A stretch of DNA of 64,000 bases. Source: an uncultured Gemmatimonadales bacterium. Its GTDB lineage: Bacteria; Gemmatimonadota; Gemmatimonadetes; Longimicrobiales; Gaopeijiaceae. Location: NCBI GenBank assembly GCA_963809895.1, contig CAWELD010000003.1:3296001-3360000 (forward strand), read 5' to 3'. The notes under the pieces are model-generated. The model worked only from the letters and a program-made list of their open reading frames with translations. It had not been told where the DNA came from and ran no database searches. The translations under genes were made by a program, and so were the position numbers. Positions 1 through 10,488 of this stretch are shown in pieces (within the stretch, counting starts at the first letter, position 1; each line of letters opens with the position of its first letter).

Positions 1-156
1 TACGAGTTCGGCCTCGAGCCACTCTACGACGGGCCGGCCGGCCAGGACCTCAGGGCCAGCGGCTGGGCCGTGGAATTGGGATTGATGTGGACGATCAGGG
101 GCGATCGCACGATCGCCTCTACGGTGCGCCAGGTACGCTCGGCCTCGGAACCATGA
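1..156 (+). CDS. 3' end of a probable outer-membrane beta-barrel (porin-like) protein, partial
   Basis: Frame 1 reads YEFGLEPLYDG..LRASGWAVELGLMW, typical of terminal barrel strands; stop overlaps next ATG (ATGA 153-156). Confidence 0.45.
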   Translation, partial: YEFGLEPLYDGPAGQDLRASGWAVELGLMWTIRGDRTIASTVRQVRSASEP

Positions 157-731
157 GCGTGAAGCACCACGTCCGGCACGGCGGAAGCCGCCTTCGAACA
201 AGGCATCGTCTCGTTCTGGGGCTCGGCCCGGCGCTACTTCTCGGCTGCGCAACGGTCGATACGGCCCGGGAGGTGGTCGGCGTTCCTGACGAGGCTGGCA
301 ACCCGCAGCTCCGTGTCGACACGGCCGCAGTGGTGCGTTCGGCCATGACCAGATTTCCCACGGTCAACGGGCCCTTCCTACAGGTGACACCCAGGGTACA
401 TTGCGGGCGGCGCTCCCATTGTGACTCAGCGGCCGCTGAACCCGTGCTCCGCGCCCTGGCGAGCCAGTGGGGCGCCGAGATCGTCGACGACGATTCCCCA
501 CTCCCGCGATGCAGGTGGAATGAGGAGCCCTCGGACTCTGCCAAGGGTTTGCGGATCGAGGCGTCCGCGATCCGGCGCTGGGGAGACTATACGGTCATTC
601 ACATCACGACACGCTGCCTGCCAGATCGGGATGACCCGCTCGGGGGGTTCGTTCACTCCACGACATACAGAGTCGAGCGCGTCGACGGGCGTTGGACCAC
701 AACCGAGGATCTGTTGACCATCATCAGCTAG
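153..731 (+). CDS. hypothetical lipoprotein
   Basis: ATGA-coupled start; basic N-region, hydrophobic core, lipobox LLGC; further Cys residues. Confidence 0.65.
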   Translation: MSVKHHVRHGGSRLRTRHRLVLGLGPALLLGCATVDTAREVVGVPDEAGNPQLRVDTAAVVRSAMTRFPTVNGPFLQVTPRVHCGRRSHCDSAAAEPVLRALASQWGAEIVDDDSPLPRCRWNEEPSDSAKGLRIEASAIRRWGDYTVIHITTRCLPDRDDPLGGFVHSTTYRVERVDGRWTTTEDLLTIIS

Positions 732-758
732 CTTCCACGCCTTTCCAGGAGTGGGTAT

Positions 759-1295
759 ATGGAGCAATCACACGCGTCGACCATCGTCGCAGTGAAGGCC
801 CGCGACGTCTCGTTCATCGCCGCCGCATGGCTGCTCTCGTTGGGCTTCGACTTCTTTCTCCACGGGGGATTGCTGGCGGGCCTGTACACGCGGGAGAGCC
901 CATTCCTCCTGCCTGCCATGCAGGCCTTCGCCCGCATCCCGGCGGGCTACCTGACCTTTCTCCTCCTGACGGTCGGGCTGTGGTGGCTGCTGCAGCGCCT
1001 GGATGTCAGCGGCTGGCGTGACGGGGCCCGTCACGGCCTGAGCATCGGCTTCTTCGTATGGGGCACCCTGGCCCTGGGGCTCTGGTCCATCACCACCGCG
1101 ACCGTCGGGCTGCTGGTCGGGTGGACGCTGGGACAGGCGGTCGAGCTCGGACTCGCGGGCATGGTGCTGGGCGCCGGACGTGCCGGCGCCTCCGGACGGC
1201 GGATCTGGAGCCGGGTCGGTCTCGCCGTCTTCCTGTTCCTCGTGGCCACGATCGTGATGCAATCCATCGGGTGGGCCCCGCAGCAGATGGGCTGA
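759..1295 (+). CDS. hypothetical integral membrane protein (~5 TM)
   Basis: AGGAG upstream; five hydrophobic segments. Confidence 0.75.
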   Translation: MEQSHASTIVAVKARDVSFIAAAWLLSLGFDFFLHGGLLAGLYTRESPFLLPAMQAFARIPAGYLTFLLLTVGLWWLLQRLDVSGWRDGARHGLSIGFFVWGTLALGLWSITTATVGLLVGWTLGQAVELGLAGMVLGAGRAGASGRRIWSRVGLAVFLFLVATIVMQSIGWAPQQMG

Positions 1296-1301
1296 CGAAG
1301 G

Positions 1302-1324
1302 GCCGGCGGAGGCGCCCTCCCGGC
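1302..1324. terminator. GC-rich hairpin between convergent genes
   Basis: GCCGGCGGAG..CTCCCGGC between stops at 1295 and 1330; no U-tract. Confidence 0.35.
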
Positions 1325-1329
1325 AGTCC

Positions 1330-2061
1330 TCAACGGCGCACGATGCTGGCCCTGATCAGCCGGTCGAGCTCGGGAAACTCCGCATCCAGATAGGCGTTGC
1401 CCTCGGCGACGATGCGGCTCTGGTCTCCACCGCGGACACCCCCGCCGGAGCTCTCGCCGTATCCGGAATAGAGGGAATCCACCACCTCGTCCATGCCCTC
1501 CACCACCCGTCCGAACGGCGCGAAGCCACCGCTGTCGAGCCGTGTGTTGTCGACCATGTTGATGTAGACCTGGGTCGCGCGGGTGCCGGGCTCGGTGAAG
1601 GCGTACGCGATGGTCCCGCGCACGTTGCTCGCCACCACGGTGTCGTCCGGCATGCCGCGCTCGTACCAGACGGCGTTCACCTCGGGATCCCCCGACACCC
1701 CCCACTGCGTGATGAAGCCGGGCACGACCCGATGAAAGCGCACGTCGTCGTAGTAGCCGGCGCGCACGAGGTTGTAGAAGCGGTCCGCGCCGATGGGGGC
1801 CCATGCACGGACCACCTCGATGAGGAAGGGCCCCCTGGTGGTCTCGACCCGGACCTGGAAGGTGTCGGGCGCCGACTCCGCCCACATGGGATCGCTGGGA
1901 TCCAGGAGGGCGTCGCGACGCGGCTGGTCGGCTGGCGCGCCTCCGCTGCAGGCCATGACGCCGAAGGCGACCCCGACGGCAACCCACAACGACGGCCGCC
2001 GCGCGACGCGGCGTCGCCACGAACGGGGCACACCTCCTGCGCTCCGCGACTGAACGTCCAT
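1330..2061 (-). CDS. cyclophilin-type peptidyl-prolyl isomerase, lipoprotein
   Basis: GYYDDVRFHRVVPGFITQWG, NVRGTIAYA, TQVYIN, FAPFGRVVEGM; lipobox VMAC; GGAGGAG RBS. Confidence 0.92.
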   Translation of the reverse strand: MDVQSRSAGGVPRSWRRRVARRPSLWVAVGVAFGVMACSGGAPADQPRRDALLDPSDPMWAESAPDTFQVRVETTRGPFLIEVVRAWAPIGADRFYNLVRAGYYDDVRFHRVVPGFITQWGVSGDPEVNAVWYERGMPDDTVVASNVRGTIAYAFTEPGTRATQVYINMVDNTRLDSGGFAPFGRVVEGMDEVVDSLYSGYGESSGGGVRGGDQSRIVAEGNAYLDAEFPELDRLIRASIVRR

Positions 2062-2177
2062 GTGCTCCTCCATCGGCTCGGGACAGACTACCAGGGCCGT
2101 GCCCGTGCGTCGAGCGCGGGCTGAACGGGGACCTCCGTCCCCTCCCCTTCCGGCCCGTCACCGCGTACTGTGCCGGG

Positions 2178-3569
2178 ATGAACAACGCCTCTCTGACCGA
2201 CCGCCTCGCGGCGCTGCCGTCCCTGGCCGCAATCCCCCGGGACCAGCTCCAGTGGCTCGTGGACCACGGTGAGCTGATTCACGACGAGGACGGAGCCACC
2301 TATCGCGCAGTCGGTGAGGGCGAGGTCATCGGGCTCTTTCTGTTGATCTCGGGAAGGTTCTCGGTCCGGGTCGATCAGGGCGAGATCCAGCGTGAAGTCC
2401 GGGAGATCACCCCGGGAGGCATCACCGGCTTCCTGCCCTACTCGCGGATGACCAATCCCCGGGGCTACCTCGTGGCCGACGGTCCGGTGGAATTCCTCCG
2501 CCTGCACCTCGACCAACTCCGCGAGATGACGCGCGAGTGCTACGAGTTCACGGAAGCGTGCGTCCACGAGATGCTCGAGCGGGTCCGAGACTTCAAGGCC
2601 GACGACAAGCGCCAGGAGAAGATGGCCGCGCTCGGCCGGCTCTCGGCCGGCCTGGCCCACGAGCTGAACAATCCCAGCTCCGCGGCGGCCCGCGCCGCCC
2701 GCGAGCTGGATGCGGCCCGGGTCACGTTGGTCGCCGCCGCGCGTGACCTGGGAGCTGCCGGTCTCGACGAGAACGCCCTGGAAGCCGTGGACCGGCTTGC
2801 GGCCGCGGAGCAGTCCGACACGTCGATGTCGCCCCTGGACATGGTGGAGATCGAGGACCGGATCATGGAGTGGCTGGAGGGCCGACAGGTCGACGCGAGC
2901 CTGGCCTATCCGCTCGTCGAATGCGGCCTCGACGTCCCCGATCTCGAGTCGGCAGCTCCGGCGTTCGATGCCGACCAGCTCGACGCGGTCCTCAAGTACC
3001 TGGCCGCCGACCGCGCCGTGCGCTCTCTCACCGCCGCGGTCTCGTCGGCCACCGAGCGCATCCACGCACTGGTGGCGGCGGTGAAGAAGCACACGCACAT
3101 GGACCGGGGCCCCGCCGTCGAGCAGATCCGGCTCGCCGAGCACCTGTCGGACACGCTCACGCTCATGCGCTCGAAGGCATCGCTCAAGGGAGTCGCCCTG
3201 GAGCTGACGGTGGAGCCGGGCCTCCCCCCGGTCGAGGGATCCGTCGCCGATCTCAACCAGGTCTGGATGCACCTGGTCGACAACGCCATCGACGCGGCCA
3301 CGGGCGAGGGCAAGATCACCGTCGATGCACGACGGGAGGACGACACCGTGGTGGTGCGGGTCGTCGACGACGGACCCGGAATCCCCCCTGAGATCCAGGA
3401 GCGCATCTTCGAGCCGTTCTTCACGACCAAGGATGTCGGGCGAAGGACGCGGCCTCGGTCTCGACATCGTGCGCACGGTGGTGCGCAGCCCACCGGGGCA
3501 CGTGTGGAGCTGACGTCGACGCCGGGGCGCACGGAGTTCAGGGTGGCGCTGCCCGTGGGTGGGGCCTGA
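2178..3569 (+). CDS. sensor histidine kinase with N-terminal cNMP-binding-like domain; local frameshifts at ~3440-3505
   Basis: H-box AHELNNP, N-box NQVWMHLVDNA, DDGPGI, FEPFFTTK; G2 box GEGRGLGL lies in a shifted frame. Confidence 0.9.
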   Translation: MNNASLTDRLAALPSLAAIPRDQLQWLVDHGELIHDEDGATYRAVGEGEVIGLFLLISGRFSVRVDQGEIQREVREITPGGITGFLPYSRMTNPRGYLVADGPVEFLRLHLDQLREMTRECYEFTEACVHEMLERVRDFKADDKRQEKMAALGRLSAGLAHELNNPSSAAARAARELDAARVTLVAAARDLGAAGLDENALEAVDRLAAAEQSDTSMSPLDMVEIEDRIMEWLEGRQVDASLAYPLVECGLDVPDLESAAPAFDADQLDAVLKYLAADRAVRSLTAAVSSATERIHALVAAVKKHTHMDRGPAVEQIRLAEHLSDTLTLMRSKASLKGVALELTVEPGLPPVEGSVADLNQVWMHLVDNAIDAATGEGKITVDARREDDTVVVRVVDDGPGIPPEIQERIFEPFFTTKDVGRRTRPRSRHRAHGGAQPTGARVELTSTPGRTEFRVALPVGGA

Positions 3570-3672
3570 CGGGGTCGCGCGCGACTCTGGCGCTGAAGGT
3601 GCGAACGCACGTAAGCTGCGAGAAGGGTCGGATTCTTGATTCTCCTCGCAACGCGTTCCAAGCCGAGACCCA

Positions 3673-4689
3673 ATGTCCAGACGCCTGCTCGTCTCGGGTG
3701 TTCTCTCCTTCCTGGTGACTCTCGTCGGGAGTCCGCGTGCCTCCGCCGCACAAGCCTCCTTCCCCACGGATGTGACCTACGATACCCTCGCCACCGTGGG
3801 CGGCCTGGACGAGACCAATCCCCTGCTGATCTACAACCAGCCTGCGGGGATCCAGATGATTTCCGAGACGGCGGTCGTCTTCGCGGACAACCGCGCAGGC
3901 ATTCTCACCCGGGTGGACCTCGTCACAGGCGAGGGATGGCAAGTGGACGACGAAGGTCGCAATGGTCCGGGGGAGTTCGGAGGTAACATGCCCTTCATCT
4001 CAGAGAGCGGTGGACGCATCTACGCCGTCGCCCAGAGCGGTGAGGGTTCTACGCGCTCCCTGGACGGCGAGCTCCTCGAGACGAGCCTGTACTCGGGGTT
4101 CCACGCGGATTTCGAGATCATGGAACAGCCCGTGGGGATTCTCGATTCTGGAGTCCTCGTGTGTGGCTTCGAACAGCACGCAGACCCGGGCACGATGGAT
4201 CCCCAGGTGCTTCGGAATGGTTTTCGGGCCTACTCGAGAGACGGGGACCTGATCTGGACCTACGACTCCCTTCCGCCATCCCGTATGCAATGGGTACGGC
4301 AGCCGAACGGGTCCCTTGGCGGGAAGAACATTGGCCCCAATGTCGCGATCCGAGGCGATGCCCGACACAACACGGTCGTCATCCGGCAATGGAACCAGCC
4401 CTGGCTGCTGGTGCTGGAACCCGATGGCTCCGTGCGCGGGCGAATCGATTTCGCCTACGACGTGGCGGGCGCTTTCATCGACGGCGACGAGAGGATCTGG
4501 GTCCTGCTCGACGTGGAGAGCGACAGGAAGACGGGCCACTATGTCGTGTTGGACCGTGATCTCAATGAGCTGTTTCGGACCACGGGGCGGGGTATCCAGG
4601 ACGCCAAAGGGGACAACGTTGTCACCTTCAGCTTCGCGCCTGGAGAGCTCTTGCTCGTGAACCTGCTGAAGCGGTCGAGCGGAGGGTAG
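3673..4689 (+). CDS. secreted 6-bladed beta-propeller-like protein (divergent paralog 1)
   Basis: signal peptide ASAA-Q; GRNGPGEF; FIDGDERIWV blade motif. Confidence 0.7.
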   Translation: MSRRLLVSGVLSFLVTLVGSPRASAAQASFPTDVTYDTLATVGGLDETNPLLIYNQPAGIQMISETAVVFADNRAGILTRVDLVTGEGWQVDDEGRNGPGEFGGNMPFISESGGRIYAVAQSGEGSTRSLDGELLETSLYSGFHADFEIMEQPVGILDSGVLVCGFEQHADPGTMDPQVLRNGFRAYSRDGDLIWTYDSLPPSRMQWVRQPNGSLGGKNIGPNVAIRGDARHNTVVIRQWNQPWLLVLEPDGSVRGRIDFAYDVAGAFIDGDERIWVLLDVESDRKTGHYVVLDRDLNELFRTTGRGIQDAKGDNVVTFSFAPGELLLVNLLKRSSGG

Positions 4690-4698
4690 CAGCAGATC

Positions 4699-5900
4699 AT
4701 GCTCGACTCACGTCGCCTGTCCTTCGTGCTGCTCGCGGTCACCTTGCTCATCTTGCCTGCCGCAGCGTCCGCGCAAGGCCGCGTACTCAGAGCACGCGAG
4801 AAGCTGCGGATCGGCAACGACGGATCGGGTCCAGACGCCGTATTCGCGCGACCTCCGGACGCCCGCATCGGCCCCGACGGAAGGCTCTACGTACGCGAGC
4901 TCGGCTACCCGTCCATCCGCGTGTTCTCGGCGTCCGGAGACCTGGTGGCCACGCTGGGTCGTCGCGGGCGAGGGCCGGGGGAGTTCGAGCTCCCCGTCAC
5001 TTCGGTTTCGTTGCCGACAGTCTGTGGGTCACGGACGTGCCGTCGAATCGCGTCACGCTGTTCGATCTGGACGGGGAGCTCGTGCGGACCTTCCAGGCCG
5101 AGGCTCGCTTCGAAGGCTATGGGTCTCCCCGGCCGATCGAAGCGCTGCTGGTTGGCGGGAGTGCGGCGGCAGTCCCATACAACCCCCCGCTCGGGACGAT
5201 CGAACGGGTGTGGGCACCGTTCACGATCGGACCCGTCGAGAGGCCCCGACGCACCGAGGTGTTCGAGGTATCGCGGCCGCCCGGCCTACTCGTGCCGCCC
5301 GTCATGATGCGTGGTGCGCTTCCGTTCCCGATCCCGCCTCTTTTCGCCATCGCGCCCGACGGCAGCCGCATCGACCGAGTCGGTTGGGTGGACGAGGACG
5401 CGAACCACCTCGAGATCAGGTCGTTCGCACCGACCGGAGACGTCGCTCGGGAATTCTCGATCCCCTATCGAGCGCGTCTGACACCCGAGAGCTTTGTGGA
5501 GCGACAGATCGATGCCCTCGTTCCGGGAGTCGAGTCGGCGCTCTCCGAATCCGCGCGACTTCGGGGTGAATCTCGCCCGCGCGGAGTCAGGGAGAGGGTC
5601 CGAGAGGCCGTGGCGGCTCCACGCTTTCTGCCACCGATCGACAAGGCGTTGATCGACGCGGAGGGACGGCTGTGGGTCAGGACGTTTTCGGCCGACCCGA
5701 CGCGACGAAGGTGGACCGTGGTGACGAACGATCGAATCAGCTTCTGCGTCGAAGGTCTGGCCACAGCCGACATTCAGACAGCAAAGGGCGACACGGTGTG
5801 GGCTGTGGAGGTCGACCAATTGGATGTCCCGACGCTCGTGGCGTATGCGTTGGAGGATGTCGATGCGTCGGAAGGCATCGCAGCTTGCGGACTCGATTGA
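4699..5900 (+). CDS. secreted 6-bladed beta-propeller (paralog 2), frameshift at ~4995
   Basis: ORF 4699-5307 (GRRGRGPGEF) joins ORF 5037-5900 (DAEGRLWV, DQLDVPTLVAY). Confidence 0.8.
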
Positions 5901-5934
5901 CAATGCAGCCATGAATCCACTTCCCAGGGGCCCC

Positions 5935-6411
5935 ATGCCCGAAAACACATTCGACCTCGATCTACCAGCCGCCGCCCCTTCCGCTGCGCTCCAACCCTAC
6001 GAGCGGGGACTCCCGGCGTCGGCCACCGTGCGCGCCACCATCGGCCGCTTCCTTCCGGCGAGCCTCGTCAGCCTCGCCTCACTCCTCGCCGTGTTCAGCG
6101 TCCCGGTCTCCACCTCCCTCGTGCACTCGGTGGTGGCCCTGACGAGCGCCGTAGCCGTGGTGGCGGTCGGTTTTGGTCTCGGTCTCGAGGGACTCCGCCG
6201 CTGGCTCTTTCCCGACGCCCGGGTGAGCGGCCGCCGCAGCGTGATCGCGGGTCTGCTCGCGCCCGGCGCGGCCTTCATCGTGACCGTGTTGTGGCCGTCG
6301 CTCGGCACGCTCGGAGGCATCGGCGCCCTGGCCCTGGCGGGTGTCGTCATCGCCGTCGTGATGTTCTTCGCGTGGCTGACCCCAAGGGACGAAGCCGGCG
6401 AGCCGAGCTGA
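5935..6411 (+). CDS. hypothetical membrane protein (4 TM)
   Basis: four hydrophobic helices; start may be 5911. Confidence 0.7.
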   Translation: MPENTFDLDLPAAAPSAALQPYERGLPASATVRATIGRFLPASLVSLASLLAVFSVPVSTSLVHSVVALTSAVAVVAVGFGLGLEGLRRWLFPDARVSGRRSVIAGLLAPGAAFIVTVLWPSLGTLGGIGALALAGVVIAVVMFFAWLTPRDEAGEPS

Positions 6412-6493
6412 ACGGCGATGCCGATTCCTACAAGCGAGCCGCGGCGGTGCCCGACATATTGTCTCCAGTCATGCCTGTGACCAGGGGGACCCC

Positions 6494-7189
6494 CTGTCGG
6501 AAACTCGCGACCACCCGCTCCGCAGCCGTCTCTTGGAGAGTGGCCTCATCGTGGGCAGCATTCTCCTCGCCCTCTTCCTCGACGCGGCGTGGGACTACCG
6601 CACGGACCGGGTCCAGGAAGCCGAGTACATCGAAGGGCTCCGCGAGGAATTCCAGGCCAATCAGAGAGAGTTGAGCGTGGACGCCGCTCGCCGAGACGAG
6701 ATGGCCACACTCACGGCCCGAGCCCTTCTGGCCACGGAGACCGGTGGGCCGGCGCTGGAAGCGGATTCCGCCCGCCTCGTGATCGGTGCGCTGCTCGACT
6801 ACCGGTTCTACTCGCCTAGTGAGGCCGTGCTCAACGACCTCATCTCGTCCGGGAGCCTGAGCATCCTGCGCTCCGCCGAACTGCGCCGAGCCCTCATGCA
6901 ATACCTGCAGGAATGCGAACGGCTGCGGGTCGCCGAAGAGCGGGAGCGCGATTTCGCCGCCGGTGCGCTGGAGCCCTATCTGGTGGACCATCTCACGCTG
7001 AGCCAGGCTCCAGCCGCCGCGTCAGGAATCGGACCCGCGCTCAACGTCACAGAGCTCCCGGCCCTGTGGCGCGACTCGTCGTTCCGCTCGCTGGTCGTGC
7101 TTCGACAGAACCGCAGCGGAACGGTGAGCCGATTCTCGCAGGGGGTGACGGGGCAGGTCGAGCGGGTATTGGAGGCGCTGGGAGAATGA
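6494..7189 (+). CDS. hypothetical membrane-anchored helical protein (DUF6090-like)
   Basis: ESGLIVGSILLALFLDAAWDYR..E.EYIEGLREEF..N, LISSGSLSILRS pattern; start uncertain (CTG 6494 after AGGGGGA, or TTG 6533). Confidence 0.65.
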   Translation: MSETRDHPLRSRLLESGLIVGSILLALFLDAAWDYRTDRVQEAEYIEGLREEFQANQRELSVDAARRDEMATLTARALLATETGGPALEADSARLVIGALLDYRFYSPSEAVLNDLISSGSLSILRSAELRRALMQYLQECERLRVAEERERDFAAGALEPYLVDHLTLSQAPAAASGIGPALNVTELPALWRDSSFRSLVVLRQNRSGTVSRFSQGVTGQVERVLEALGE

Positions 7190-8409
7190 CTCGACAGCTC
7201 GCCGCGATCCTCCTCATGGCGTGCGCCCTTCAGGCGTGTCGCTCCGCTGACGACGAATCGGCCGGTGCGCCGGACCGCCAGCCGCTCTGGGGCGACTCTC
7301 TGGTTCTCGTCGAGCAGCTCCGCTTGGGCAGCCTCGATGGCGACGCGGTGAGCGCGTTCGGCGAGATCGCGGGTGTGGCACCCACACCGGATGGATCGGT
7401 CTACGTGGCCGACGGTCAGCGTCGGACCATCAAGAGGTTCGAGAGCGACGGCACGTACGCGGGTGACATAGGTGGGCCAGGACAAGGTCCGGGGGAGTTC
7501 CAGTCGGTGGCGGCACTCGGTGTGATGCCGGATGGAACGCTCATCGTCGTCGACGACGCGTTGAGTCGCGTCAGCCGATTCGCGGGCGACGGCGAGTTCA
7601 TGTCATCGACGCCCATCGACCGTGTCGCACCCGACGACGCGGCATTCGCTCTGGCCCGTGACGGCACCATCTACACTCGTCTCATGAAGCCGCCGGGCAC
7701 CGAATTCGTGTACGATGCCCAGGGCATGCTGGACTATGCCTCTCCCTTCGATTGGGGATCGGTCGCCCCCGACGGCACGACCACTCGCATCGCGCCGGTG
7801 TCCCTCGAGAACATCCAGGGACCCCGATATGTCATCACCGGACGCGGCGGCCCGTATCGGCCCATGGTCACCATGACCGTCTCCACCATCGGCCCCGACG
7901 GCAGCGTCTACTGGGCGCGAAATGACCAGTACCGCGTCTTTCGCCGCACCCTGGCGGGTGATACCACCGTGATCGAGCGCGTAGCGGATCCCATCGACCT
8001 CACGGACGAGGAGCTGGAGGAGTGGCAGGCTCGCTCGGAATCGATGGCGGAGAAGGATCCCGAACACCGGGAGCGGTTCTTCCCGATCCCCACCGAGAAG
8101 CCATTCATCCGCACACTGAGGGTGGATCTGGACGGACGGCTGTGGGTGTCGCGACACACGTCTCCCACCTACGTGGAGTATTCACCGGAGGAGCGGGCTC
8201 GACGGGAGGATGAGGGCCTCCCGACGTTTCACTGGCGGGACCGATTGACCTGGGACGTCTTCGATGACGACGGCATCCTTCTGGGCTCGGTGACCTTCCC
8301 CGACCAGACCTCGTTCCTCGCCGCCCAGGGCATGGATGTCTGGGGCGTGCAGGAGGGCGAGTACGGCGAGGACTACGTCGTCCGATGGAGGATCGAGCCG
8401 GCGTCGTGA
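7186..8409 (+). CDS. 6-bladed beta-propeller lipoprotein (paralog 3)
   Basis: ATGA overlap; lipobox LQAC; GGPGQGPGEF; DLDGRLWV; WDVFDDDG..G.V.FP. Confidence 0.85.
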   Translation: MTRQLAAILLMACALQACRSADDESAGAPDRQPLWGDSLVLVEQLRLGSLDGDAVSAFGEIAGVAPTPDGSVYVADGQRRTIKRFESDGTYAGDIGGPGQGPGEFQSVAALGVMPDGTLIVVDDALSRVSRFAGDGEFMSSTPIDRVAPDDAAFALARDGTIYTRLMKPPGTEFVYDAQGMLDYASPFDWGSVAPDGTTTRIAPVSLENIQGPRYVITGRGGPYRPMVTMTVSTIGPDGSVYWARNDQYRVFRRTLAGDTTVIERVADPIDLTDEELEEWQARSESMAEKDPEHRERFFPIPTEKPFIRTLRVDLDGRLWVSRHTSPTYVEYSPEERARREDEGLPTFHWRDRLTWDVFDDDGILLGSVTFPDQTSFLAAQGMDVWGVQEGEYGEDYVVRWRIEPAS

Positions 8410-8514
8410 TCCCGCGGCGCGACAGGGACACCGCGCCCCGTAAGAATCCCCCCTCCAACCGCGACCAATCCCTACGAAAGCCGACTCACCGCTCTCGAGC
8501 AGGCGGACACTGGT

Positions 8515-9006
8515 GTGACCTCCGAGGACGAGTTCAGGGCCCTCATCGACGAGTACCACGCGGCGCTGCACCGCATCGCCGGAGTCTACGCGGGCGCCAG
8601 CGGGGAGCAGGACGACCTCCAGCAGGAGATCCTCCTGCAGCTGTGGCGATCCTTCGATTCGTTTCGTGGGGATTCCAGGCCAGGCACCTGGCTCTACCGG
8701 GTCGCCCTGAACACGGCGCTGACCTGGCAGCGGAAGGCCACCAGGCGGGCCAGGCGCGAGGAATCGCCCGCACCGAGCCCCGACGAGAGACCCAACAGCG
8801 GCCACACCTCGATCCGCTCCCAGAAGCAGATCCTCGCCGAGTTCCTCGATGTCGTGGAGGGGCCCGATCGCTGGGTGCTGCTCCTCTACATGGAAGGCCT
8901 CAAGTACCAGGAGATCGCCGAGGTGACCGGACTGAGCGAGAGCGCGGTCGGCGTGCGCATCCACCGGATGAAGAAGGCGTTCACCGACCGCTACCTGGAG
9001 CCGTGA
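8515..9006 (+). CDS. ECF sigma-70 factor
   Basis: DDLQQEILLQLWRS..F.GDS..TWLYRVALN (region 2); EGLKYQEIAEVTGLSES.V..RIHR (region 4). Confidence 0.95.
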   Translation: MTSEDEFRALIDEYHAALHRIAGVYAGASGEQDDLQQEILLQLWRSFDSFRGDSRPGTWLYRVALNTALTWQRKATRRARREESPAPSPDERPNSGHTSIRSQKQILAEFLDVVEGPDRWVLLLYMEGLKYQEIAEVTGLSESAVGVRIHRMKKAFTDRYLEP

Positions 9007-9009
9007 ACC

Positions 9010-9594
9010 ATGGAATTCGACGATCTCGTCAGGGTCTGGCGCGAACAAGACACGGGCGATGTCCGGCGCACCCGGATCGAGAGCCTTTCGGAGCTGCGCG
9101 GACGCGCGACCCGGACCGAGGCAAACTCCCGAAAGGGCTTTCGGCGAGCGGCCATCATCTGGCTCGTCATGGTGCCGTTGTTCACCTTCGGAGCCGTACA
9201 GGGCTTCCTCACCGGGAATCCCGATCGCCGGCATCGGCTTCACCATGTTGGTCGTGGGCTGCGCGGCACCCACCGTCTATCTCGTCCGCGACACGAGCTG
9301 CCCGAGCCCGAGCCCACACTTCCCGTACGGGCCGCGGTGGAGCAGGAGATCCAACGCCTCCGCATCGTGGGGCGTGCGATCCGCCGCATGATCGACTGGG
9401 TGGTGGGCTCGCTAGCCGTCGGGGGGTCCCTGGTGGCGCTGGCGTTGAACGCCCCGCTCAACGGCATCGTCATGAGCCTGGTGTTCATCCTGATCGCCCT
9501 CGCTGCGCGCAAGGCATGGCGCCGGCTCGCGGCGCGGGCACAGGCAGCGGGCAGCGAGTTGGAAAGCTGGATCGCCGACCTGGAACGGGTGTGA
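9010..9594 (+). CDS. probable membrane anti-sigma factor; compensating frameshifts ~9215-9290
   Basis: 3 nt after ECF gene; MEFDDLVRVW start; a TM helix (IAGIGFTMLVVGCAA) lies in an alternative frame. Confidence 0.7.
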   Translation: MEFDDLVRVWREQDTGDVRRTRIESLSELRGRATRTEANSRKGFRRAAIIWLVMVPLFTFGAVQGFLTGNPDRRHRLHHVGRGLRGTHRLSRPRHELPEPEPTLPVRAAVEQEIQRLRIVGRAIRRMIDWVVGSLAVGGSLVALALNAPLNGIVMSLVFILIALAARKAWRRLAARAQAAGSELESWIADLERV

Positions 9595-9613
9595 GGCGAA
9601 GGGCGTTCCCGGG

Positions 9614-10318
9614 CTAGGCGTCGTCTTCGGCCTCGGGCTCCGCGACGAGGGCGCTGACTCTTGCGGCGATCTGCTCGAACTGGGTCTGGCGCTCGTCGCC
9701 CCACCGGGGGAGCGTGAGGAGATTCCGCCCCACCATCGCGACCGCCGCCACCACGAGGATCAGGATTGGACTCAAATCCTCGCTCAGCGCCGCCCCACCC
9801 TTGATCAGGTCCACCACCGTCAGCAGCGAGGCCATCCCCCCCAGCGCCATCCCCATGGTGTTGAGTCGCAGGGCGCTGCCGTTGACGGTGCCCATGCGCA
9901 GTCGGCCGCCGGACTCACCCGGCTCAACCGCGACGTAGAGGTTGCCGTTCCGCCACTCCCGGAATCCCCCGTGCACCTCGACGTGCCCCTTGGCCTGGAA
10001 CGTCCGCCGCAGGTCCCCCACGAGCGTGCCCCATTCGGTGTCGGTCAGCGTCCGCGGCAGCGAGAGCACGCGACCTGTGGAGACAGGCATCCCCAGGGAT
10101 CGACGGGCGGGCGGCGCAGCCTCCTGGACATGGAGGGCGGCGGCGGCCTCGGCGACCCTCTGGGGATCGATGCCGGCCTCGCGCGCCACCTCCTGCAGCT
10201 CCCGCAGCGTCAGCCCCGTCTCCTCGCGGCCAGCCGGCAACGCGGAGGAATCCGCCTCCACTGCCCGGTCGAGGATTCGCCGAATCTCCTCGTCTCCATA
10301 CCTGCGCTCATCGGTCAT
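9614..10318 (-). CDS. hypothetical protein with 2 C-terminal TM helices
   Basis: RRYGDEEIRRILDRA..GLTLRELQEVAREAGIDP helical N-domain; RBS GAGGGTG. Confidence 0.8.
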   Translation of the reverse strand: MTDERRYGDEEIRRILDRAVEADSSALPAGREETGLTLRELQEVAREAGIDPQRVAEAAAALHVQEAAPPARRSLGMPVSTGRVLSLPRTLTDTEWGTLVGDLRRTFQAKGHVEVHGGFREWRNGNLYVAVEPGESGGRLRMGTVNGSALRLNTMGMALGGMASLLTVVDLIKGGAALSEDLSPILILVVAAVAMVGRNLLTLPRWGDERQTQFEQIAARVSALVAEPEAEDDA

Positions 10319-10488
10319 CCGTCACCCTCGCTCAAGCGGGTCCACTGTTCCGCCACTACAGTAGTCGCGTTGGTCATTGTCCCCAAGGAATCTTGCGGAA
10401 TCAGGGACACCGGGTGAGTTATGCGCCCACCCCCCGGGATGGAGCTCGTGGGCTCGAACAGCCTCGTTCCTCCCTCCTGGAGCGCACC

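Noticed and set aside
8461..8487. ECF autoregulatory promoter GCGACC-N15-CGACTC
   Set aside because: Plausible but too short to support without a group-specific consensus
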